NCBI GenBank assembly: GCA_035402825.1
Contig: DAONDZ010000002.1
Location: 1,854-65,853, forward strand
DNA from: a bacterium
Lineage (GTDB): Bacteria > Patescibacteriota > Patescibacteriia > Patescibacteriales > UBA12465
Direction of reading: 5' to 3'
DNA length: 64,000 nt
In this document: positions 1 to 8,587 of the stretch, piece by piece
Numbering within the stretch: position 1 is the stretch's first letter
Layout of the letters: each line of letters opens with the position of its first letter
Program-made: the position numbers and the translations under genes
Notes under the pieces: generated by a model
The model's database searches: none
The model's input: only the letters and a program-made list of their open reading frames with translations
Told to the model about the DNA's origin: nothing

Positions 1-602
1 CCTAAAATATCTTGGTGGTTCTGCAATATCTTGCGCAAGTTAATAATGCTGCGGCGCAGATTCAAAATCATGGTTACTGCCTCTTTTTGCTTTTGAGAAA
101 AAATCATGTCTTCCACTTGGCTGATGCCGACGCTATTGCGATCAATCAACAGATAACAATCATTGATTAATTTTTCTAATAGTTCATAGAGCAGGATGAT
201 CGAGGACTCCCAATTATGAGCTAAGAGGGAAGAGCTATCGGTTTTGCATTTTTCAAAGAAAATATTCAAAGCCGGAATATTATGATTATGGACGGTGATT
301 AAATAGCCATGGCTGATAAAAAACTCAATCTCCGCCGGAACGATGCGGCCATTGTCATAGACCGGGAAATGGAGAATCATGAAGAAATAACCTTTCTCTT
401 CGGAAATCATCGGTCGTTGAGAAAAGACCGTAGAAATGGAAGCCTTTAAATGATTCAAATTAAAATCAAAGTTTTTTTTCAAATAGTCAATCTCTTTCTT
501 GCCGGCATTGGTGATATTTATCCAGCGCAGGCTGCCTTTAGTCTTGGGATTATCAATCACAATCTGAGAAATGTGATCGGAGATCTTTTTATATTGCGGC
601 AT
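1..602 (-). CDS. corA: CorA-family Mg2+/Co2+ channel, N-terminal part (C-terminus beyond the left edge)
   Basis: Absent from the ORF track because it runs off the window. Reverse-complement translation from the ATG at 600-602 reads MPQYKKISDHISQIVIDNPKTKGSLRWINITNAGKKEIDYLKKNFDFNLNHL...YFFMILHFPVYD...EIEFFISHGYLITVH with no stop to position 1. This pattern is typical of the CorA cytoplasmic domain. The TM/GMN part is not visible. Confidence 0.55.
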   Translation of the reverse strand, partial: MPQYKKISDHISQIVIDNPKTKGSLRWINITNAGKKEIDYLKKNFDFNLNHLKASISTVFSQRPMISEEKGYFFMILHFPVYDNGRIVPAEIEFFISHGYLITVHNHNIPALNIFFEKCKTDSSSLLAHNWESSIILLYELLEKLINDCYLLIDRNSVGISQVEDMIFSQKQKEAVTMILNLRRSIINLRKILQNHQDIL

Positions 603-675
603 AAGATATTAATGCTTAAATAAATCTATTTTTATTATAACACAATTTGCCAAAATGGGAAAATAGTCTCCTCGG

Positions 676-703
676 TTGCCAAAACTTATGGGTAGTATAT
701 AAT
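676..703 (+). promoter_or_regulatory. Sigma70-like promoter (TTGCCA-16 nt-TATAAT) that would give a leaderless mRNA for the 711 gene
   Basis: TTGCCA at 676-681 and TATAAT at 698-703. Only 7 nt (taaagat) separate the -10 box from the ATG at 711, and there is no SD. Confidence 0.4.
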
Positions 704-710
704 TAAAGAT

Positions 711-1892
711 ATGGTCAACATATTAGGCATTACGCTCTCCGGCGTCAGCCAAAAAGAGGCAATCGCCAAAGTTAAAGATTGGTTGAATGGTGATCAGCCG
801 CATTATATCGTGACTCCCAACCCGGAAATAATCCTGGCAGCTACCAAAAAAAGCGACGAGGAGCTTTTTTATGTCTTAAACCAAGCAGATTTATCCTTGG
901 CTGATGGTATTGGCCTAAAATTTGCAGCTTGGCTTTATGGCAAAAGATTGCCCCGAGCGACTGGAGCCGACTTAGTGCCGGCCATTTTGAAAATGGCTCA
1001 AACCCAACAGAAAAAAGTATTGTTTTTAATCTACAACCAGGGCCTATCTTCGGCCGCCGATATTGAAAAAGTTATTTCAGCCAAATACGCCGGCCTTAAT
1101 TTTGCAGTGAAAGCCATTGGCCGCGACATCCTGGGGCCGGATAATTTAATTAACAATCTGGAAGCCGACATTGTGTTCGTAGCCCTAGGCGCCCCGTATC
1201 AAGAAAAATTTATTTTCCATCATCGCCAGAATATTACTAACCTCAAAGTGGCCGTGGGTATTGGCGGTGCCTTAGATTTCTTAACCAAAAAAGCCCACCG
1301 CGCTCCTCGAGCTTTGCGCTTTGTCGGTTTGGAATGGTTATGGCGCTTGATCCTTAATCCTCGGAGAATAAAAAGAATATTTAATGCTGCCATTATTTTC
1401 CCTTATGAAGTTTTCAAATACCGTTTTATCATCCCTCTAAAATACCGACCCAATGTCGCCTGCTTGCTCTATAAAAAAGAAGGGGATCAATATAAAATAT
1501 TTTTAGTGGAAAGGACTTTAAACCCCGGCCACTGGCAAATGCCGCAAGGCGGTACCGACGGTCTCAGTATTAAAGAGGCAGGGATTAAAGAGTTAAAAGA
1601 AGAAACCGGCAACACTAATTTCAAAGTGATGTCAGTCTACAATTTCCTCTATCGCTATCGCTTTGATTCTGCTTTAGGCAAATGGCCCAGCCAAAGACAC
1701 TTAGGCTACAAAGGCCAGAAACAAGGATTGTTAATCGCCAAGTTCCAAGGAAAAGATGAGGATATCAAAATAAATTTCTGGGACCACTCCGCCTATCAAT
1801 GGGTGGACATTGATGAAGCGGTAAACAAAGTCCATCCCTTGCGGCAAGAATCAACTAAAATATATATTGAAAAATTAAAAGAAATAATTTAA
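711..1892 (+). CDS. Fusion protein: WecG/TagA/CpsF-type glycosyltransferase (GT26) N-terminal domain plus RppH-like Nudix hydrolase C-terminal domain
   Basis: N-terminal ~235 aa show GT26 hallmarks (HYIVTPNPEIILAA, LSLADGIGL, GLEWLWRLILNPRRIKR). The C-terminal ~150 aa carry GHWQMPQGGTDGLSIKEAGIKELKEETG, a Nudix box that is one residue short and slightly degenerate. Confidence 0.7.
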   Translation: MVNILGITLSGVSQKEAIAKVKDWLNGDQPHYIVTPNPEIILAATKKSDEELFYVLNQADLSLADGIGLKFAAWLYGKRLPRATGADLVPAILKMAQTQQKKVLFLIYNQGLSSAADIEKVISAKYAGLNFAVKAIGRDILGPDNLINNLEADIVFVALGAPYQEKFIFHHRQNITNLKVAVGIGGALDFLTKKAHRAPRALRFVGLEWLWRLILNPRRIKRIFNAAIIFPYEVFKYRFIIPLKYRPNVACLLYKKEGDQYKIFLVERTLNPGHWQMPQGGTDGLSIKEAGIKELKEETGNTNFKVMSVYNFLYRYRFDSALGKWPSQRHLGYKGQKQGLLIAKFQGKDEDIKINFWDHSAYQWVDIDEAVNKVHPLRQESTKIYIEKLKEII

Positions 1893-1896
1893 AGCT

Positions 1897-3438
1897 ATGA
1901 ATAATCCAGCCATCCGTCTTCGTTTCGCTCCATCTCCCACCGGATTTCTCCATGTCGGTAATTTACGCACCGCTCTTTTCGGCTATCTGATAGCTAAGAG
2001 CCAGGGCGGCAAATTTATTCTGCGCATTGAAGACACTGACCAAAAGAGAGAAGTGAAGGGGGCAGTAAAGAAGCTACTGGAAATCATGGCTTGGGTGGGC
2101 ATTGAATTTGACGAAGGCCCTTATCAAGGCGGAGAATATGGCCCCTATATCCAAACTCAGAGACTAAAGATATATCAGGAACAAATTGAGAAGCTACTAA
2201 ATGAAGGCCGAGCCTATCGCTGTTTCTGCTCAGCCGAAAGGTTGGAAAAGATGCGCCAAGACCAACAGAAGCATCAAGAGGCACCCCGCTATGACCGCCA
2301 CTGTCGTGATTTAAGCCCGGAAAAAATAGCTGAACACTTAAAGAATGGCGACAGGTTTGTCATTAGGCAAAAGATGCCCTTGGATGGGGAAGTGAAAGTC
2401 TTTGATGAATTGCGCGGCGAGATTGTTTTTCCCGCTCAAGATTTAGAAGATCATGTCTTAATTAAATCAGACGGGATTCCTACCTATCAATTCGCCAGCG
2501 TGGTGGACGATCATTTAATGGCTATTTCTCATGTCACCAGAGGCGACGAATGGCTGCCGTCTTTCCCTAAGAATATTTTGCTCTATCAAGCCTGCGGCTG
2601 GACGCCGCCCAAGTTTATTCATCTGCCATTAATTCTCAACAAGACCGGCGGCAAACTCAGCAAGCGCCAAGGCGATGTGTTCGTGGAAGATTATCGGACT
2701 AAAGGCTACACCCCAGAAGCTTTAATTAACTTCTGCGTACTTTTAGGCTGGCATCCTAAGACTGAAAAAGACAATGAGATATATAGCTTGGCGGAGTTAA
2801 AAAAGATATTCAGCATTTCCGGCATGGGTTCCTCGCCGGCAGTCTTTGATTTAGAAAAACTAAACTACTACAACGGCCATTATTTGCGCCAAAAAAATAT
2901 CGGCGAATTAACCGAGAGCTGTTTGCCATATTTAATAAAAGACAAAATAATCAGCCGCGGTAATATTTTGCAGCGCTTGTTTACAAAAAGTGTACAAGAC
3001 CAAAAAACATACTGCAACCGCTTGGGTCAGAAAAAAATTACCCGCTCTGAGCTGGAAAGAATTATCAGTCTATCACAAGACAGATTAAAAACACTGTCAG
3101 AAATCAGCGAACTAAGCCGCTTCTTATTCCTATCTAAATTAGACTATAATCCGGAACTGTTAATTTGGAAAAACATGAATCGGGAAGAAGCCAAAAACCA
3201 TCTCAATTTCTTTTTAGATATTTTAGAAAAAATCCCGGACACTGAATGGACCAAAGAAAGAATGAACGAAGAAATAATGGAAAGGGTGAAGAGGGAAGAG
3301 CTACCGGCCGGTGAATATCTCTGGCCGCTGAGAATTGCCTTAAGCGGACAGAAAAACAGCCCGGGACCAGCCGAAATAGCCTGGGCTCTAGGCCGGGAAG
3401 GGACATTAAACAGAATTAAAGCGGCTATAGCTAAATAG
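1897..3438 (+). CDS. gltX: Glutamyl-tRNA synthetase
   Basis: Class I signatures are present: PSPTGFLHVGNLRTA (HIGH-type) and KLSKRQG (KMSKS-type), with overall GltX-like sequence. The gene starts 4 nt after the upstream gene. Confidence 0.9.
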   Translation: MNNPAIRLRFAPSPTGFLHVGNLRTALFGYLIAKSQGGKFILRIEDTDQKREVKGAVKKLLEIMAWVGIEFDEGPYQGGEYGPYIQTQRLKIYQEQIEKLLNEGRAYRCFCSAERLEKMRQDQQKHQEAPRYDRHCRDLSPEKIAEHLKNGDRFVIRQKMPLDGEVKVFDELRGEIVFPAQDLEDHVLIKSDGIPTYQFASVVDDHLMAISHVTRGDEWLPSFPKNILLYQACGWTPPKFIHLPLILNKTGGKLSKRQGDVFVEDYRTKGYTPEALINFCVLLGWHPKTEKDNEIYSLAELKKIFSISGMGSSPAVFDLEKLNYYNGHYLRQKNIGELTESCLPYLIKDKIISRGNILQRLFTKSVQDQKTYCNRLGQKKITRSELERIISLSQDRLKTLSEISELSRFLFLSKLDYNPELLIWKNMNREEAKNHLNFFLDILEKIPDTEWTKERMNEEIMERVKREELPAGEYLWPLRIALSGQKNSPGPAEIAWALGREGTLNRIKAAIAK

Positions 3439-3441
3439 TAT

Positions 3442-3470
3442 TTTACAAAAAATATAAAACGTGGTATAAT
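3442..3470 (+). promoter_or_regulatory. Sigma70-like promoter with extended -10 (TTTACA-17 nt-TGgTATAAT); predicts a leaderless mRNA for the M23 peptidase gene
   Basis: TTTACA at 3442-3447 and TATAAT at 3465-3470, preceded by TGg. Only 6 nt separate the -10 box from the ATG at 3477, and there is no SD. Confidence 0.45.
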
Positions 3471-3476
3471 AATCTC

Positions 3477-4703
3477 ATGAAAAAATTACTCAAAATATCT
3501 CTACTCATAATCGTTCTCGGTCTGGCTTTTAATCGAGCTGATTTGGCTTGGGGAGGATATGAAGAAGAGATTAACGACCAGATAAAAACCCTAAACGGCC
3601 AAATATCCGGACAGAAACAAAAAATCAGCGATATCCAAGCTAAACAGCAAAAATATTTGGAAGCCATTAGCCAAAAACAACAAGAACAGAACACTTTAGG
3701 CAATGAACTCAGTATTATCAACGACCGCTTGGAAAAAGCTAATTTAGAAATTGAGGCTACCGAGTTGGAAATTGATAAGACTAATTTGGAAATCAAAAAA
3801 TTAAACATTGATATCCGCAGCAAGGATGAAGCGATATCCAAGAACAAGGAAAAAATAGCCAGCTTATTAAAATTAATGTATAAGCAAGACCAGGTTTCCG
3901 CCTTAGAAATACTACTCTTAAATAACTCCTTATCTGATTTCATCAATCAATTGAAGTATTTGCAAAACACCAACGAAGAGATATTAAATAGTGTAGAAGA
4001 CCTTCAAACGGTCAAAGATAAACTAGAAGCCGACCAACAGATATTATCCGACAAGCAAACGGAATTAGGCAAACTTAAGGCTGTTTTAGACGAGCAACAG
4101 CAGGCTTTAGCCGGAGAACAGCAGAACAAGAGTTATGTTTTGCAAGAAACCCGCCAATCAGAAAAGCAATATCAATTAATGCTCCAACAAGCCAAGAGAG
4201 AACAACAGCAAGCCGAAGCCGATATTTCCAATATGGAAAAAACCATGCGGGAAAAATTGGCCAAATTGAAAAACGGCAACAAGCTAACTTATGACGGCTT
4301 AGCTTGGCCAGTTGCCAAAAACTATATTTCCGCTACTTTCCATGACCCCGACTATCCTTATCGCCGCTCCATTGGCGAACACTCCGGAATTGATATCCGC
4401 GCCAGCTATGGCTCCACTTTAAGGGCAGCGGCTGACGGTTATGTGGCCAGGGTAAAATTTGATGGTTCCAAAAACTATGCTTATATCATGATTGTTCACG
4501 CCAATGGCCTATCCACTGTCTATGGCCACGTCTCCGGTGTCAGCGTCAAGGCTGATGACTACGTAGTCCAGGGTCAGGCTATCGGCCGTACCGGCGGCAT
4601 TCCGGGTTCACCGGGATCAGGACCATTCTGTACCGGCCCGCACCTGCACTTTGAAGTCCGTTCCAACGGCTTACCGGTTGATCCTCTAGAATATTTACCA
4701 TAA
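3477..4703 (+). CDS. Secreted M23/LytM-family metallopeptidase with long N-terminal coiled coil (EnvC-like architecture)
   Basis: Signal/TM N-terminus, ~250 aa of Q/E/K-rich heptad-like sequence, and a C-terminal M23 domain with HSGIDIRA, ADGYV and GPHLHFEV. Confidence 0.8.
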   Translation: MKKLLKISLLIIVLGLAFNRADLAWGGYEEEINDQIKTLNGQISGQKQKISDIQAKQQKYLEAISQKQQEQNTLGNELSIINDRLEKANLEIEATELEIDKTNLEIKKLNIDIRSKDEAISKNKEKIASLLKLMYKQDQVSALEILLLNNSLSDFINQLKYLQNTNEEILNSVEDLQTVKDKLEADQQILSDKQTELGKLKAVLDEQQQALAGEQQNKSYVLQETRQSEKQYQLMLQQAKREQQQAEADISNMEKTMREKLAKLKNGNKLTYDGLAWPVAKNYISATFHDPDYPYRRSIGEHSGIDIRASYGSTLRAAADGYVARVKFDGSKNYAYIMIVHANGLSTVYGHVSGVSVKADDYVVQGQAIGRTGGIPGSPGSGPFCTGPHLHFEVRSNGLPVDPLEYLP

Positions 4704-4712
4704 ATATATTTC

Positions 4713-4742
4713 AAAATCCCCACTCTCTGTGGGGATTTTTTG
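4713..4742 (+). terminator. Rho-independent terminator of the M23 peptidase gene
   Basis: aaaATCCCCActctctgTGGGGATttttt: 7-bp GC-rich stem followed by a T-run. Confidence 0.6.
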
Positions 4743-4745
4743 ATA

Positions 4746-4773
4746 TTAAAAAACCCCGGATTAATTCCGGGGA
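4746..4773 (-). terminator. Rho-independent terminator of the 4782-5819 gene
   Basis: On the minus strand: CCCCGGAattaaTCCGGGGtttttt, a 7-bp stem plus T-run, immediately 3' of the stop at 4782. Confidence 0.55.
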
Positions 4774-4781
4774 TAAAATCT

Positions 4782-5819
4782 TTAGTTTATTGGCAATACA
4801 AGACGAATATCACAGCCCCATTTTATATCGGAGTCAAAATCATAAACAATAAATCTGGGGGAGTCGGTATTAACCAAAACCGCAATTAGCTCTTCTGTGA
4901 GCTTGTCTTTACTAAGCGGTTTATGCTCATCTCTCTTGGCTAAAAAAAGGGTGCCAAATGATTCAAACCCTTCTCCTTCCCTGAGCCAGTTGGGAAATTC
5001 CTGACAAAATTCTATTATCTGGTCTTGGGAAAAAATCTTTTTCTCCCAAGGACCCGGAGCGAAGGAAAATAGTTCTCTTATTTTGCCAGCAAGAATAGGT
5101 TCGTATACTTTCGCTCCAACCTCCGGAGTAGCCGCGCCCAATGGATTAATTTTTACTTGCTTGAGGTCAATATTAAAATATTTAAAGACCCCATTCGTTC
5201 CATTAAGTCTGCGTTTCCCGTCCAGCGATTTAATGGTTAGTGTTTCACCCTTAGAAATAAGCCGTAAAGAACCTACAACCTCGTGTTGTTTCGACAAGGG
5301 ACAAATTATGTCAAAAGTTCCAAAGGTTTTAGGGGAAAGACCGCCAAAAAAATCGCCAAAATCAAGAAATCGAAAACCAACACTCAACCCCTCACTTAAA
5401 TCATTTTTATCCAAATGATTAAATACTGACACCACCACCAAATTATCTTCTGGTTTATGCTCGTCAATTGGTCTATTTTCATCTTTTTTTATCAGAAAAA
5501 AACTAGTGTTGTGACAATTCATTTTTGTCCGATGTTGGCATAATTCTACTACTTGATCCTGGGACAGCCATTTTTGATTCCAGGTACCAGGCAATGAATC
5601 AAAAAACTTTCTGCTAGTCGCATCTCCAAAGGTCCTATAGACAATCACTTCGGCCTCTGAAGTGGCTACACCTGGCTTATTAATACCGTAGTGGTTAAAC
5701 CAAGAGTCAATACCGATATCAAAGACTTCTGGAGATTGACAAATGAGACGTTGGCCGGATAAGGCCTTAATTTTTATTGGTTTCCCAATTGCTCGTAAAT
5801 AGTCGTTTTTATATTTCAT
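4782..5819 (-). CDS. Hypothetical protein made of two tandem copies of a ~165-aa domain
   Basis: The two halves align. Examples: IKIKALSGQRL / LTIKSLDGKRRL; PGTWNQKWLSQDQVVELCQH / PGPWEKKIFSQDQIIEFCQE; FFLIKKDENRPIDEHKP / LFLAKRDEHKPLSKDK. No known family recognised. Confidence 0.5.
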   Translation of the reverse strand: MKYKNDYLRAIGKPIKIKALSGQRLICQSPEVFDIGIDSWFNHYGINKPGVATSEAEVIVYRTFGDATSRKFFDSLPGTWNQKWLSQDQVVELCQHRTKMNCHNTSFFLIKKDENRPIDEHKPEDNLVVVSVFNHLDKNDLSEGLSVGFRFLDFGDFFGGLSPKTFGTFDIICPLSKQHEVVGSLRLISKGETLTIKSLDGKRRLNGTNGVFKYFNIDLKQVKINPLGAATPEVGAKVYEPILAGKIRELFSFAPGPWEKKIFSQDQIIEFCQEFPNWLREGEGFESFGTLFLAKRDEHKPLSKDKLTEELIAVLVNTDSPRFIVYDFDSDIKWGCDIRLVLPIN

Positions 5820-5845
5820 GTTTTAAGTTGTTAAGGTAATAAAAA

Positions 5846-5874
5846 ATTATAGCGCCGCTGATAATACTTGTCAA
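5846..5874 (-). promoter_or_regulatory. Consensus sigma70-like promoter (TTGACA-17 nt-TATAAT) for the 4782-5819 gene
   Basis: The minus strand reads TTGACAagtattatcagcggcgcTATAAT. The -35 is at 5874-5869 and the -10 at 5851-5846. The leader is ~25 nt without an obvious SD. Confidence 0.5.
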
Positions 5875-5919
5875 TTAAAAAAATCCCCTCTAAAAAGGAG
5901 AATTTCTTTGAAAAAACTA

Positions 5920-6876
5920 TTAAAAATCATGGTGGCTATGAACCTTCTTATGAATATCTCTTAGTTGCTTATTGGTGACATGGGTATAAATCTGAGTGGT
6001 GGCGATATTCTTGTGTCCCAAAAACTCTTGGACCAAACGCAAATCAACGCCCTGGGATAATAAGTCAGTGGCAAAAGAATGGCGCAAGGTATGGGGCGTG
6101 GCATTGACTGGCAGGCCGGCAATTTTAACATACTTACTAACCGTCCCTTCAATGCTTTTGACGCTCAAACGCCTGTCAGCGCCGCTCTTATTGGCTCCAG
6201 GACGATAATTAACGAACACGGCCGGGTCCAAGTCCTCCCGCTTGGCTAAATAGGCCTTGAGAGCCGAAACAGCCCGCTCAGAGAAATAAACGGTGCGAAC
6301 CTTGGATCCTTTACCCACAATAGTCAGCTCAAAATCAGTAGTACTGTCGCGAAAGCGCAAATCATCCCGACTGAGCTTAGCTAATTCGGAAACACGCAAA
6401 CCAGTCGAAAACAAAGCTTCGAGTATTGCCTTGTCCCTTAACCCCGCTTCTTTCTTGGTGTCCGGGGCGGCTAATAGTTTTTTTAATTGATCTAATTTTA
6501 AAAACTTTATTTCCCGTTCAGCCCGGTCTTTAGCCAGTTTCACTTTGGAGGGCGGCAGGGAAGTAATGTTCTTTTCCACGAAGAACTCCAGGAGGCTGCG
6601 CAAGGCGATGAGATAATAGTTTTGGGTACTTTTTTTAAGCAGTTTCTTATTCACCGGGTCCACGAAACGAGACAGGAAAATCCGGTATTTCCAGATATGA
6701 TCTTCGGTCAAATCCTGAGGCAGAAGGGAAGAGAGTCCGCTAGCGTTTAGCCATTTAAAAAACTTATTTAAAAATCGGCTATAATTCTCCTGGGTTTTCA
6801 CCGATAGCCCTTTTTCTATCTCCGAATAGTCCAAGAAATCAACTAAATATTTAATTATCGGTTTTTGATTGCTCAT
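5920..6876 (-). CDS. Tyrosine recombinase, XerC/XerD type
   Basis: N-terminal SAM-like core-binding domain plus a catalytic domain with GLRVSEL (R), GKGSKVRTV (K), HTLRHSFAT (HxxR) and LGHKNIATTQIYTHV (H...Y). Confidence 0.8.
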   Translation of the reverse strand: MSNQKPIIKYLVDFLDYSEIEKGLSVKTQENYSRFLNKFFKWLNASGLSSLLPQDLTEDHIWKYRIFLSRFVDPVNKKLLKKSTQNYYLIALRSLLEFFVEKNITSLPPSKVKLAKDRAEREIKFLKLDQLKKLLAAPDTKKEAGLRDKAILEALFSTGLRVSELAKLSRDDLRFRDSTTDFELTIVGKGSKVRTVYFSERAVSALKAYLAKREDLDPAVFVNYRPGANKSGADRRLSVKSIEGTVSKYVKIAGLPVNATPHTLRHSFATDLLSQGVDLRLVQEFLGHKNIATTQIYTHVTNKQLRDIHKKVHSHHDF

Positions 6877-7005
6877 ATAGAGATTATAGCAAAAATATCA
6901 AAAAAAGCCCACAAAAAGCCTAGGTATTGACATATATATTAATATATGGTAATCTAATAGGTCAATTATTCGTATATTAAAAACTAGATTTAAGGAGATA
7001 TAGCC

Positions 7006-7314
7006 ATGGTATTAAAACAGGCAATAAAAAACATACTGAATGAATTGCTCATTATGCAGACATTCGATCGAGATACAACAACGGTCAAAATAGAAAACGC
7101 TCCGGATCATTTCATGGATATGACCGATTGGGATGTCCTGGAAGAATCATTGAGAGAGGTCAGTCAACACGGCGAAGCCTTAAAAAGGGTATCTGAGGCA
7201 ATTTCCGGCATTATCATGAATGCCAGAGTTAGAGCTCTTAGTCAAAGCGAAGAAGAGCTTTTAGAGGCCAAAGTTATCAGGTTGCGCAAAGAGGCAGAAA
7301 AACATTTCGAATAA
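7006..7314 (+). CDS. Hypothetical small acidic helical protein
   Basis: 102-aa ORF with a good SD (taaggagatatagccATG) and a downstream terminator. No family recognised. Confidence 0.4.
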   Translation: MVLKQAIKNILNELLIMQTFDRDTTTVKIENAPDHFMDMTDWDVLEESLREVSQHGEALKRVSEAISGIIMNARVRALSQSEEELLEAKVIRLRKEAEKHFE

Positions 7315-7325
7315 AACAATCAAAA

Positions 7326-7360
7326 ATAAAAAAAAGGACTCCACAAGGGTCCTTTTCTAT
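7326..7360. terminator. Bidirectional rho-independent terminator
   Basis: aaaaaaaAAGGACTCcacaaGGGTCCTTttct: 8-bp stem including one G-U pair. An A-run lies 5' and a T-run 3', so it can terminate the plus gene 7006-7314 and the minus ftsQ transcript. Confidence 0.55.
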
Positions 7361-7466
7361 TGGGGAAGAATAAAGTTTGTGATACTCAAGCCCATTTCAA
7401 CCCTATCCTATACTTCGCATAATGTATATTAATACACCTTATATAAGGGGTATATTAGGGTTTGGC

Positions 7467-7616
7467 TCATTGTAGCATGGTTAAGCCCATTAGATGTACT
7501 TCCGGTGTAAATAACAGAATAATCTTAATTAAGATTAAAAAGATACCAATAACTACTAAGCAAAAAACAAAAACGGCTAAACCGAAAACAAATTTAAATA
7601 AATTTTCACTATTCAT
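7467..7616 (-). CDS. Possible 49-aa single-pass membrane peptide downstream of ftsQ
   Basis: Below the ORF-track size cutoff. It begins with an ATG 18 nt after the ftsQ-like stop. Translation: MNSENLFKFVFGLAVFVFCLVVIGIFLILIKIILLFTPEVHLMGLTMLQ. Hydrophobic core only, with no homology evidence. Confidence 0.3.
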   Translation of the reverse strand: MNSENLFKFVFGLAVFVFCLVVIGIFLILIKIILLFTPEVHLMGLTMLQ

Positions 7617-7634
7617 ATATTTTTAAAATATTAA

Positions 7635-8570
7635 TTATTCGTAAAAAATCTTGTCGCCGTAGCGCAGGTCAATTTTGGTCTTTATCTTATCCTTATAATC
7701 ACCCTTCAATAATACCATTAAATTACGAATTTGTTTATCGCAATCCGACTGCGGGCTCAGATAAACCACAACGCCGCTGGAGAGCCTAGCCTTTAAAGTA
7801 TTATATTCTTGATCCAAGAAGAAACCTGTTAACTGAGAATTATTATCTGCCTTAAAGGCGTCATAGATACCCTTGGAACAATTCAGGTATCCTGGATCAA
7901 TATCTAAACGATTTTCTTTAAGCCGCGGGACAGATTGATTATCAATCACCGGATAGCCAGCCGGTAGCACTGGTTTAGTTGTCAGCACCGGCACGGTGGT
8001 GCTGCTCGTGGTGCTACTAGTGGTACCCATGACTTCTGGCATGGGTTGCTCTAACACCGGCTCGGAATATATTTCATCAACCAAATTACCAGCGGCATCT
8101 AAATAGTATGACTTTCCTTCTTCCTGCCAGATAAAAACATAGTCGCGTTCTTGAATGGTAATTTCTAAAGTATGAAACATTTTCTTCTTAACCATGAGAC
8201 TGGCTAAATGATAGTGATCTTGAATTTCTGGAGTAATTTTATCGCGCTTGAATAGCCAAAGATTATGCTGAGAAAATATTCCCGCCACCTTGTTATCCGC
8301 CTGAGCCCAAACAGCCGTTCGAACTTCGTCAGCCGATATTCTATTGGTGCCAGTGATATTTATTCGCTTAATGATGAAAACTGGCGAAGCAAAAAAGAGC
8401 CAAGTCAAAACACCGACTAGAATGATAAAAGAAAAAATAAAAAATTTCTTGGACCGACCGTCCAAACCTTGGTTGGCTTTATTTTGACGATAGAAAGGAT
8501 TTTCTAATTCTTTACGACAATAGTCCTTCCTTACCCTATTCTTATATGGCTGCCCTGCCCTTGTTGACAT
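7635..8570 (-). CDS. ftsQ: Cell division protein FtsQ/DivIB-like (TM anchor plus POTRA)
   Basis: Basic N-terminus, one TM (FFIFSFIILVGVLTWLFFA) and a POTRA-like start (FIIKRINITGTNRISADEVRTAV). A low-complexity TSSTTSSTT linker is also present. Confidence 0.6.
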   Translation of the reverse strand: MSTRAGQPYKNRVRKDYCRKELENPFYRQNKANQGLDGRSKKFFIFSFIILVGVLTWLFFASPVFIIKRINITGTNRISADEVRTAVWAQADNKVAGIFSQHNLWLFKRDKITPEIQDHYHLASLMVKKKMFHTLEITIQERDYVFIWQEEGKSYYLDAAGNLVDEIYSEPVLEQPMPEVMGTTSSTTSSTTVPVLTTKPVLPAGYPVIDNQSVPRLKENRLDIDPGYLNCSKGIYDAFKADNNSQLTGFFLDQEYNTLKARLSSGVVVYLSPQSDCDKQIRNLMVLLKGDYKDKIKTKIDLRYGDKIFYE

Positions 8571-8587
8571 AATTTGATTTTTATGGC

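Noticed and set aside
3443-3946. 167-aa minus-strand ORF antisense to the M23 peptidase coiled-coil region, together with the many other 60-130-aa antisense or alternate-frame ORFs in the track (e.g. 44513-44827, 33608-33853, 18642-19040, 37080-37427)
   Set aside because: All of them lie inside longer ORFs that carry clear family motifs. They have skewed, low-complexity or very basic composition and no start-site signals. I treat them as non-coding shadows.
5920-6876. Tyrosine recombinase as the integrase of a mobile element or prophage
   Set aside because: The domain layout and motifs fit housekeeping XerC/D. I found no flanking direct repeats, tRNA target, phage genes or transposon genes.
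7357-7466. Possible ncRNA or tRNA in the largest non-coding gap, which includes the palindrome CCTTATATAAGG and an imperfect TAATACACC/GGTATATTA hairpin
   Set aside because: There are no tRNA-like T-arm or anticodon features. The structures are short and AT-rich. The gap is most simply the 3' UTR of the ftsQ transcript ahead of the bidirectional terminator.
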